DNA of 64,000 bases from Phoronis australis (lineage: Eukaryota; Animalia; Phoronida). Positions 12,801 through 24,800 of this stretch are shown piece after piece (the first letter of the stretch is position 1; each line of letters begins with the position of its first letter). Location of the stretch: assembly GCA_002633005.1 (NCBI GenBank), contig NMRA01000760.1, positions 92,100 to 156,099 of the forward strand, in the 5' to 3' direction. A model generated the notes under the pieces. That model did not search any database. It was not told where the DNA came from and was given only the letters and a program-made list of their open reading frames with translations. A program made the translations under genes and the position numbers.

Positions 12801-15800
12801 TAAGTTTGTCTAAAGAAGTACAACAATGTTGTGAAGTACTTTACACCGTACGCTTTGTGCTCGTCGAACGGGCGTCTTATAACGTCATTCTATTGGAAAA
12901 CTTCACTGTAGCAATGAACAAACATAAGAATTCAGTGATAATACCTTTTGGGTTTATCTTTTCTTCCGGTTCATCGTTTTCGTGGTTCCATGTGGGTTCA
13001 ACGTCATCTGGCATGTCTTCCTTAGGTGGGTCGGCCCACGGCTGTTTCTCGCCGGAAGCGAATATGGCGTAAAACGTGACACCGATGTAGTGTATAAGGG
13101 CAGCTGCCAGAAATACTTTCTGCCATTCTTCGGCAGTCTGAAACAATGGATAAAATATAATGTCTCTGAAACTCGGTCAGCGTTCTGTAGACCACAAGAC
13201 ATGATAAGATCCAAATGGTCATAAACATAGGTCTCCAATTAATCTTGCAAATTAAATGGTCAGGAAAAATAACCACTGAAACTGTTGGAACAGAGAGAGA
13301 CAGATTAAGAAGCAAAAGTAGAGGTGGGTCGGCCACACACTGAGAAAGCCGGGATAAGGCAACGAAAGCGAGGAGGACCTATACAAAACTGGTGAAGAAC
13401 TGTCAGTCTTATCACCTCTCCATCGGTATGTCGCGGAACGAGATTCGAGTGAAATCTGCCAACAGGACTAGATGGTGAACAGTCACGGAGTTATGCTCCT
13501 CACGGTAGGCCATCCAGAGGGTTAAGTCAGAAGTGACCATGCTAGCTTGCAAGGGGACATTGAATTCAGCGGACTCTCTCTGTTCGTCGGTGCTATAGGC
13601 CTACAGGCTGAACAACTTCATACCAAAAGAATGGAGTGGTAGCCTAATTTTATCCCCCGAAGATGCATTCAGCAGCTTTATATGTGCCAACTGAAGAAAA
13701 ATATGACACAATGTGGATTCGAACCAGACTGCCAACCATCAAGCTTCCACTCGTCATTCTTGCTCTGACCAAAACATATACTGCGCGCTTGTTGACGTGC
13801 ATGTACTAAAAGAAACACGTGTTATACGAGGTCATGCTGATGGGGTAAAACGTCGTCTTCTTCTCCTCTTTGACTTCCGCTGCTGTCTTCTCAAATTTCT
13901 ATAAACTCAGTGGCATTTGTTTTTGCATAAGTTTTAATGTCAGTGGCGGATCTAGGATATCACAAGNNNNNNNNNNNNNNNNNNNNNNNNNNNNNNNNNN
14001 NNNNNNNNNNNNNNNNNNNNNNNNNNNNNNNNNNNNNNNNNNNNNNNNNNNNNNNNNNNNNNNNNNNNNNNNNNNNNNNNNNNNNNNNNNNNNNNNNNNN
14101 NNNNNNNNNNNNNNNNNNNNNNNNNNNNNNNNNNNNNNNNNNNNNNNNNNNNNNNNNNNNNNNNNNNNNNNNNNNNNNNNNNNNNNNNNNNNNNNNNNNN
14201 NNNNNNNNNNNNNNNNNNNNNNNNNNNNNNNNNNNNNNNNNNNNNNNNNNNNNNNNNNNNNNNNNNNNNNNNNNNNNNNNNNNNNNNNNNNNNNNNNNNN
14301 NNNNNNNNNNNNNNNNNNNNNNNNNNNNNNNNNNNNNNNNNNNNNNNNNNNNNNNNNNNNNNNNNNNNNNNNNNNNNNNNNNNNNNNNNNNNNNNNNNNN
14401 NNNNNNNNNNNNNNNNNNNNNNNNNNNNNAACACTAAAACTGCACACATTTAAATCTTTTTTCATCCGTATAATTTTAATTACCGGGGTTAATTAATAAA
14501 CTCAACGTTTCCCTACGCTCTTACTGTTTTTTTTTGCGGCAGCCAAGAGGGGGGGGGGCCCGGGCCCCCTGGGCCCCCCCCCTAAGTCCGCCTATGTAAT
14601 GTAGAACTCGGTGAAACTAACCTTAGCTGGCTTCAGCACTTCACGTTATACAGTGGTTACTATGTGTCACGAGGGTTCACCTTGACTATTACTTTGCTGG
14701 GGAAACGCAGGATTTGAGTAACCATGATGGTTGAACCTCGGGATTCGCCTCCCTCCTATGGTGGACGTGGTTGGTCGATACAAGTGTGGCGGCATCCGGA
14801 GACCGGGAGGTGGGGGGAGGGGGGGGGGGCAGAGGTGGATAGTAAGGGGGCTGGGGATAGTTTGACGAAATCGAATTGGTTTGAGCCTCCCCCCAATAAT
14901 TTTTACCGTCCTGCGGGCCTGCGTGAAACCGAGGTAGGCTGCCACGCCCTACTTGTCTTAAAGCGTCCTACAATGAATTTTTGAGGTTTTAGGCCGTACA
15001 TAATAATTTCATAACACAAAATTTAACTAAAGACTCACTTATTTTGAGAAATAGTTGATAAATTTTGATTTTTAAAAAAATGAGTTTTTTGGTTCCCCGC
15101 CACGTGACGTCATCAGTGGAAGACGTTGATCAGTTGACAGTATATTTGCAAATGCGGGAAGTAGTGGTTTTTTGAAGATTTAGAGAGCGAGCTTGACGAG
15201 TATTATGAAGACACGCATGGAGATGAGGGTGTTTGAAGCTGTACGAACTCGACCCTCTCGCAACTGCGTCTTCGGCCAGTGAATCATGGTTGTAGAACTT
15301 ATGCCAAGTTATGTAACACGATGGTGATTTTTACGACCTTTCTGCTAAATTTGAAAACCCGCACGTGGTCTACTATTAAAATGCTGCACATGTAACTTAC
15401 GCCGTTTTTTGTCAAAGATTCCGTGACAAACGGGCAAATAAGTCCGGAGAGAGTGCCGACTCCATTGGAAATACCCATCAGTATACTGGCGTATCGAGGT
15501 GCAATATCCAGGTGATTGACGTTATAACCTGCAAAATAACGAAAGAAAGTCATCTTTGAAATTACGAATTTCAAAGCAATCGAAAGAAAAACAGCCGCAC
15601 GTGTAAGAACCCAACTGCGGTTTTAAAGTTGTTAGTACAACCTTAGTGATAGAACAAAGTCCAGAGTGCGCTGAAACTTCAGGAAACATAGTTGAGTCCT
15701 TTTGGGAGTGTTTCGTGCAACCGGACACAAGAGCCTTTTATGAGTGCGGACCGTTTTTGTGAGTCTTCGAAGTTGAATTACTGGTAAGTGAGTCGTCTTC

Positions 15801-18800
15801 ATGAGTGCTGAAATACGTTCATGAGTAAATGAGCCCTGATGGTGGCCAGTTGTTTCAAGTACCACTTGTGTGTAAAGTGTAGGGAGTGAGTACAAACTTA
15901 ACCACAGTAAATTCAATAAGTATTGCTTATCGGAACTCGCATGACCGACCTATGTGTGAAGGAACTGTGCTTTATCACGTGGGTATACCAACTTTTAGAA
16001 TGCACACGAACCCGGCCTATATGTAAATTACCTGAGATTGCGAATCCACTAAATCCTACTGCTAAAATAAGGGCGACGACAGCGGTGGTCTCACTCCTTG
16101 TGTAACCCACTACCAGCAGAAATGTAGCTTCCAGACCGAATCCTGCAATTGTAAACTGTATCGCTGGACATTGTTTCACAACAAAAAGTACTTTTCATTC
16201 AATTTCGTTTGCAACCTATTGTTTGCTTGGACATCAGCTGTTGTTTAGGCACGTTTATGTGTATTAATATTCTGCAGTCAACATTGAAGTGATATTTCAG
16301 TGGATATTATTACAATGTTGACTTGGTGATACATTATGCAAATTTAGACCGATCTCTGAAGTGCCTCACAACGGAAGTTATCGTAACGCGTTTTTAACCA
16401 ATCGGCTCCCTGCAGCACTCTTGCTGTTGTTGAAATGACTTAAACTTCTCATTGCATTTAAGCAACTTTTGGCAGAGTGGTGTGAAGGTGGTAAACCTAC
16501 TGACTTATGTACTGCTAGGCAAAAAAACCATGTACCTTTTGATTCGTGTTTGCATGGACGAGCAATGTCTGCCGCGTTTCTTTAAATTACCTGCCACAGA
16601 ATTACAGTGCACGCAAACCAGTTCGTTGTTATTAAAACTTATGAATAATTTATCGCATGACTTCAATATTTTATCGCTACGACACCCGTGAAGAACTTAA
16701 TAAAGTTTACGAGTGTGAAAAATAACGTGACAAAGAGAGCTTATATATTGTCTGTAAAATGTGCAAACTCTCTTTTGAGAGCCTAATTCTCTAAGCGAAA
16801 CTGTCAATGATGTAAATGAGATGATGTCTCAGTGGTATCGCAATGAGCTCTTGACACCTGGAGTCAGGTTTTATTTAGGTGTTGGAATTCAATTGATATT
16901 AAATAAAGCGTTCTCTTGGACCAATCCATTAGAGAAGGCCTACGCAACAGTGGCCCATGCTAAATAATTCACTCATGTATACATGTATTTATTGATTTTG
17001 GGGGAAGGGAATACTAAAGAATATGGATTATTTGCTCTTGCATTATCACCTTGATCTCGAATTCTGTGGAATATTGGTACCTGGGTTTTCAGCTTTTTAA
17101 AAATTAAAATTAGATCCGAAATAACATATCTATCACATTTATTGAAGAAATAAACCGTTTTGAAACGCAATGATGACCATCACCATTGGTAATGACGTAG
17201 TTTAAGCCCATTTCTGATGGGCAGGTCTTTGTTTAACTTTCTTGTTCACCAGTTTATTCAGTATATGTAAAAACAGTTAAAAATCGCTGCATATTTTGTG
17301 GATCAGTTAGTATGCATGTACATGTATATGAATTTGCGAGAATCTAATAGAGCGAACTCTGGCGGAAAGAGAAGAACAAACCTGTGTTACCATCATTAAC
17401 GAGAGACCTGAATTGCTGTTATATAAGTCTATAAAACAGTATTATTGTAATGAAACCTATGTCTATCTGGTGAGAGGTCAGATATCAGCCTTGGCACCAC
17501 TGAGAATTTGAGGTAAAGACGGGAAGTTCTTTATGTGAAATAATTTGTAAACTATGTTTAAGTTGCTAAGGTGAGAACGAAAATCATGATGTTTTCAAAT
17601 GTGAATTTTTTTCTGATTGAGAGATTCCCTCCACTTCATTTTAGTTACAAACTTCATAAAACGGATTTTAACGCAGGTTAGCTCAGTCCAAACTGAAATC
17701 CAAATAGGTAATTCAACACCCCCGCCAAATATTTTCAAATCTAACAGAGTTTAACATAATTTCTTAGTTTAATTTTTATTTTTGGTGGTGCAGCAACCCC
17801 TGAAATGACCATGATCGTAGGGAGTGATAGCTGACTCGTGCCTAATTGGTACTCACAAAGTTGTCGCCATATGAAATGAGGTTTCCGCAGAAACCCCGCA
17901 CACTTTACACAAATAAAACATTAATAGTAGAATAAGGTAAACACAAACAGGGCTTAAACTTACGAAATTTTTATATTTTATTGATGTATTTCGACTGACG
18001 AAACACATCCTGTGTTATAAATCGGTGCATGTAAACGGAAAGGTCGGCGAGACGTCCCTGTCACTCATGTTTGAGTGAGGTCTCGTCGACCTTTTTGATA
18101 ACACCAAGTTAAAAGTTCTTGAAATTTTCATTCACCAAGATTTAGAAAACTTTTTCTGCATAGTTATTCTCCTATAGGTATTTTGTTGCTATTGTTTTCA
18201 AGATGACTTGATGACCCGCGCGTGACTGGAGGTGTCAATTTTCATTACCGTGTATACATCTATATACAACGTCCCAATGAGTGTATGTTGTACACCTTTG
18301 TCAGCATGAAAATATATACTGTATGCCATATACGTAACTCTCATCTTACCTCCACAGTTAAAGATTTTTCGAACTGCTGTCGTTGATAAAATCTTGCGGT
18401 AACGAAGAAGATCAGCTAAATACCCGCCCATGGGCACGACCAAGGCCATAACAAGGTGAGGTAACGCTGACAGAATACCACTCTGTGGGAATGAACGAGT
18501 TGCATGAGAACACACTCATCTCCAGACAAACATACGTCCAGTTCACACAACACAAAAATGCTCATTTCGATTAATATCAAGAACGAACATTAGTATGTTT
18601 GGATCGTTTGAATGAAATTGAATTTTAAGGAAGTATGGCCAAAAAGAGCAATTTATTTTCAAGTTATTCTGTCAAAGAGAAAATAGGATTTCTAGGTTTT
18701 GCATCGCCATTGCCAACCCCAATCGACTACATAATATAACGAGGGCAACGAACTGTCTGAAAAAATTTGTATTCCGAAAGACGATATCTACTCCAGCGAA

Positions 18801-21800
18801 CCCCAAGTTGATTCCATTCCAATGTTCGTCCGAGTGATTCTGCAGACTTGTGGAAACTGATTTTTTATTCGTTTCATTTGAGCGGTGGATTCGATGTTCA
18901 AAAAGTGGATTGGTTATATTTGAAGTTAAATACTGGAACCAAATGTACACCTTGAGAAGCTTCTGTTAATGGGACTTAATGTATCTAGCTTAGTTATTTA
19001 TGGTGCACTTTCATTATTATTCAAAATGAATTGGAATCTTTTCCTGTAACAATCCTAATTTAAGGACTAAAATCTAATATATTAATTTCCGCATTTGAAA
19101 TATGAGCTCAATTAAAAATATATGATTAGAATTTGTCATTAGTCAAAGAGGAACTCATTGTAAAGGTAGTGATAGTAATATTCATGAGTAAACGTAGACA
19201 TATATTGGCAGAATATAAGGGTATTTAGTTGAGTCCCTCTAAAGTTCTATTTAATGGCAAGAGGCCACTGACGTTCAGTAGTGACGTCATAATGTTCCGT
19301 CATCCTACGGTCGAGTCGATCTCGTCAGGTGGTGACTTCCAATACATGTAGATTCTTTAAATTTTATATTTAGAAATGGAAGCGCCTTCACCTTGCCAGC
19401 TTCTAAAATTAGATCACTTGCCGTTATGAAATTGGTCTCAAATTGTTCTTTGGTCAAATTGGAGTTTAGAAAGAACAGGCAGTTCGATGTTGCTTGAGAC
19501 AAGTCTGTGTCACTGCGAGTCATTTTGTGGGCGAAGCATTGTCTGACGCAATGACGAAATTCGCAACCCAAGAAATTACTTCTGAATAAGACACAAGTCA
19601 TAACCAGTTTTATACCCGGCCGGTATCTGGTCTAAACCAGTAGTCAGTTCATGGCAAAAGCAAAAAGTACAAAGAATTACCAACTTAAGACATAAAAACA
19701 CCCAGTCAAGTCATATGCATAAGCCACCACCTGCGGTCATAACAAGTTTGGGTGCATTTCAGGCACGTTTCAAATATTCAAATCCTGTGCAAAAATTATC
19801 TATTGCGGAAAACAACATTGCTAAGAGTATATGTGTACTGAGTTATTGGATACATGGGTACACGGTTATTATAAACACAGTGGTCAATTTTACGCAATTT
19901 TCTGCATCGAAACCGACAAACACAACCCCAATTAGTGATCATGACGTACCTGAGATATGTCGCCTTCAAATACGTCCGTGAAATATTTGACTTGACTAAT
20001 AATGAATAAGTAAAACGTCCAACTACGGCATACGTTGGCGACAATAATGGCGTAGACACAAGCTGACGAGAAGATCTTCTTCCAGGGAGTGTGATGAATC
20101 TGTACGTAAAAATCAATTATTAAAATTAAAAAAACTCTCAAAAGATCGTTGTTTGTTACACATCATGTTGTTGACATGTAATCTTGCCAAGCAAATACAC
20201 TGGGTGTTTATAAAATCTGTGAATATATACAGTTCAAGCAAAGTATGTTTTCTTTCCGTTTTTGTTTTTACTTTCCAAGCGAATGAAATTTTGCGGGTAA
20301 TGCATGCATGTATTTGTACAGTGGAAACTTTCATATAATTAGTTGGGCATTTTGCACGATGGGTGCTCTTGCGAGTATTTTATTAGACAGGCATCCTCAA
20401 GACAAAAACCATGTAATTAATTGAAAATGGTTTGAAGAAGTCTTATTAATAGAGATTTTATAATGAGTTCTGATTTGTTCAAAAATAGTCTTTCATCTTG
20501 GCCTTTGATTTGAAAAAATGAAATTGCTTCGAAAATTGCTAAGCTGTCACTTTGATCAGGAATTTCAAACTGAACTTGTGTGGATTACGTTATTTATTTA
20601 GTTTCTAAAAATCAAGCTCTAAGTAGTGTACCTTTACTTCTTGAGAACTGGTTCCCCATTGTTCTCCATATTTTGTGAAGAGGAAATGTACCTAGTTCTC
20701 AACCAGGAGCCAAACTCGGTCCTCTAAAGTTTGATCGGTTGTAAAGAAAATCAAAATAGTCCAAAATATCTTCAAAAATACTGGAGTGAAAGAATGCAGT
20801 AATAGAATTTGCATTGTATGTCTAGGTTATATGCACGTACGCGCAATTTTGCTGCAATGCTGGACCTAAAGTTGGCAAGTCAACAATTAGTCTTAAAGAA
20901 ATGATCGTGCATACAAACTGTATGTTTACATTAAAGCCCACAAAATGCTCTGTTTGTCCACAGGCAAAACATTGTTTAGCAGTTACACGTGATTATTCGT
21001 TGTAATTAATTAGAACATCCTTAACTTAATCTCAGCGGTCGCTAATTATCCTAATTAGATGAGATCAAAACAGCTTACGTGACTGATCAATAACGGTCTG
21101 TGATCAGCTCAAAAGATGAGTCCAAAGGCATGTTTTGCATTTCATAGACATTCGTGATAAAACAGTATCGTAACTGCATATAAAGGAACATTCACTCCTT
21201 GCAACTACCGCGAATCATGATAATTACGCTAACTTTTAAGGAGACTTTACGTAGGTACATCAGTTCATTAGTTCAAAGCTTATTTTCCGTTTGTAAGAGA
21301 ATCGTATCAAAATCTTAACGCGTATACTGTTGACTATGAAATTGTTGGCAGCATCGCCATAGACGTAGTTATTGCTACCTCTCAGTAATTCTCTGAGCTG
21401 AATTACTTAATTATAGGTAAATTTCTATCCATTTTCTGTTCTTAGGTGAACATAAATTATATTCAAGCTTGTACAATTCTTCGCTACATTGTCGTTAAAG
21501 TTACACTGAACGATGTTTAGATAATGTGACTATTACCTTGAGACAGCTCGTTTCCCGCAATGAGTATAGTTCGGTAGCAGCCGAAGACACGACTGTGCTT
21601 TTTGTTTGACAGTTAAATACATACTCGCTTGTAGTTTCTAAACAATCTCGTATCTTCAGGTGTGCAGCTATGTAGCAAAACACCGAGAGACATAACAGAC
21701 AAACAATTGAATACATTAGCTATATCTCGAGATTACATGTCTCATCAACAGGGAATGAGTGAAATGAACATATCCACTGTTAATTTCGCTAGGCATATGT

Positions 21801-24800
21801 TCATTTCACTCATTTTCTGATGATTAGAAAGTAATCTCGAAATATAGCTAGTGTTTAACTTGTTTGTCTGTTATGTATCTCGGTGTTTTGCTACAAAGCT
21901 GCACGCCTGAAAAAAGATTGTTTAGAGCCTGCGAGCGAGTCTGTATTAAGCTGTCAAACAAAAAGTACAGACGTGTCTTCAACCAACTTTCACACAATGG
22001 AGAATGTCAAATGTTTTGATTTAAATTTGCGATCCTCAGAGAAAATCTAGTTATGAAAGAAGGCACAATTAGACTTCCTGTTTTCTTTGGTAAAACTGGG
22101 ATTAGAATGGAGCATGTGTTACTTTGTCATAACTTTATTCTTATTTCATTTTATTATTTTTCGCATCGCCAATGCAACAGCTCAATATAACATTTAAGCA
22201 TCTTACAAAACCAATACTTCAAAATTCATCTCTAAAGCTGATTCGACGTTTTCGTTCCAATAACTTAACATCAAGCCGTTCCCCTGAAAACATATATTGG
22301 TGCATTAGTATTAACATACTGTTTGTTCTTTCAGTTCAAATCCTGGCAGTTCCCGCGAGGGGGTGGTCTGATGCCACCGAGCTCACTAAGCCCACACGAG
22401 TTTAATAATTTTGTATTGTGATAAGTGCACGTATCCGTAATTCAACACAAAATGCGATGCAATATGATAAAATTCACCTTTGGAATCATAGTCTCCGTTT
22501 CACCAAGAGATGTCTCTATGTATATCCTTTCTGATTCGGAGATGAATTTATGTCTAGACGGTCGGTCAGAGGAGAGATAGATCCAGACTATGAACCACAT
22601 AATACCAAACGCACCTAAAATATAGCATAACAATTAGCCTTTGGCAATCGTTTCATAAACGAAAACATATATGACGAAGTAGAATAACAATGGAAATGTT
22701 TTTCTTGCACAAATAGAACAGGTATTCATTTATACCTAATGACATAAAAGTCAAACATTTCCATAAAACCTAAAATAATGCGAAGTTGGCATATTAATGA
22801 TCATTCACGCAGGTATTAAAGGCACATTGCACTCGTTCAAGCTAATGATACTATTATAATGGAACAGATATACATGTACCTGAGTGCATCAATGGCAGGA
22901 GTGTGTTGTTCTGATTTTGCTACGCCTGTCCACATAAAAAATCAATTTCTGAAATTAGACCAACTGTGGAATTTTTATGCAAATTTGATATGTAAAACCA
23001 CTTCAAACTCGTTTTATCTTTGAATGTGACAATCGTAAGCAACTAAAGAAGTCCTACCATAAAAGAAAAAACATGCTTGCCATCCCAAGTAGTCCGTCAA
23101 TATGCTCGACAAAGGCATACCTATGACAGCGCCGGCGTACGAACCTAAAATAAGAGATAGGAGACCCCTTCACTAAATCATAGTCACATCAAAGCTGTAC
23201 AGTGCCCACAACTAAGCATCGGGCACGTATATCTGTCGCCTAGCAACAAAACGTGGGTATTAGTTAGTTTATTTTCATTGTTGCTTTATAACAGGCCCAT
23301 TCAAAGTTGCTTGTCACGGCGGTTTAGTTAAGCGATCTGGCCGCCACGAGAAATTCCATAATATTTATTTCAACCGATATCAATTTGAACCGAGGATAAG
23401 GGCACCAGATGGTTTGCTGTGGTTTTAATAAAAGTTGTTATGTACCAGCCTTCTTTCAAAACATGAATTAGTTGCTTTCAATCAAAAACGTTTTCAAACA
23501 TAGGCCCCAGGATTGTAATAGTGGGAACACGCTGAAGAACGTGTTCACCGCACATTTTTACAACCATGGCTATCTTCGTTTTCGTCTCCGTCAGTTCTGT
23601 GTTTTGTTGTCCGTGGTTGTCGTCTGTAGATGCCACCCGTGGTTGTCTGTGTTTGTAGTCCGTTGTTGTCGTCCGTGGTTGTTGTCCGTGGTTGTCGTCC
23701 ATGGTTGTCATCCGTGGTTGTCGTCTGTCATAGGTTGTTGTCTGTGGTCGCCGTGTGCGGTAGTGGCTGAGATACATCTTGTTTTGGGGAAGCAATTCAA
23801 TAAAAGCCGTGAAACAACAAACCCCTGACATTTGGCAGACTGTAAACATCTGGTCCTCTTACTCAAGTAAGTGACAATTGTTTTCGGATTGGTTTGGTAC
23901 CCACTGAAATGAATTCCAGTGAAAGCCGCTTCCAATATATATAATGATTATAAATCAGAACGTAATCGATACTTGCCTTTTTCTTTCAAAACGTTTCAGC
24001 TTCTAAATGTGATCTTATTTCATAATTTTCAATTTCAATTTCAAGTGTATAACTTATCTAAACACATGTAAAATAATTAAACCATTTTCCTCGGTTGCGT
24101 TATTCAATAACTCTACAGACTTGCATTAACCACCAAATAAATATTATAGTTCAAGAGTTTGAGAAATGGGCACGTGTCAAATAAGAGATAATAAGTGTTT
24201 GAAAAGAGATACTTTATTCTGGAAATTTTATTAAGCTTCAATCGAAAATCAATTTCACTTAGCAATTCGTTTCCGAAAAGCGACATGGTGGAGTAGAATC
24301 GTTAAATCACGCTTCCTCTCTCATCTGTAATTGAATATAACGTTTTTGTTCCATGGACTATTGAACGCGTTTTGTTGACTTTCCTGAAACAATCAAATAC
24401 AATTTTAAGCTTTTACGTGTGGTTAATAATACTATAACAATTAACCTGTGATGTTTCGTGAAAATAGTAAAGACATATCAGCCTATATTGAATGATTCTT
24501 TTTGTATGACGCCATCCAATTGCCAGTCACAGGCCAGTTTATTGGCCAGCTGATATTGTCCATGTTCAGATACAGAAATCTTCATGTTGTACATCTTGCA
24601 ACTCACCACAGAATGTTATAGTGGCAAGGCGTGACCTCTCAAGAGGTGGAGCCCAGTGTCTCCAAATTCCGTGACACGCTGGATACGTGACTCCCTGTGA
24701 AAAACCAAGAAATACAGTTCCACGCCTAATCTAAATGAATAGACTCCCAAAGTATTACTATCACCTATAGTAATGTGGGATATTCTTTTCGTTCCTGTTG

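Noticed and set aside
13870-14496. Long ORFs in the track here and at 58751-59118
   Set aside because: Artefacts of translating N gaps.
14880-14972. Possible HDV-like ribozyme on the minus strand (GGCGTGG..CAGCCTACCTCGG..TCACGC)
   Set aside because: A P1-like pairing exists, but P3, P1.1 and the catalytic C in J4/2 could not be placed. Probably a repeat fragment.
23472-23849. 118-123 aa ORFs here, plus the His/Thr/Met-rich ORFs at 46568-46877
   Set aside because: Open only because of simple-sequence repeats.
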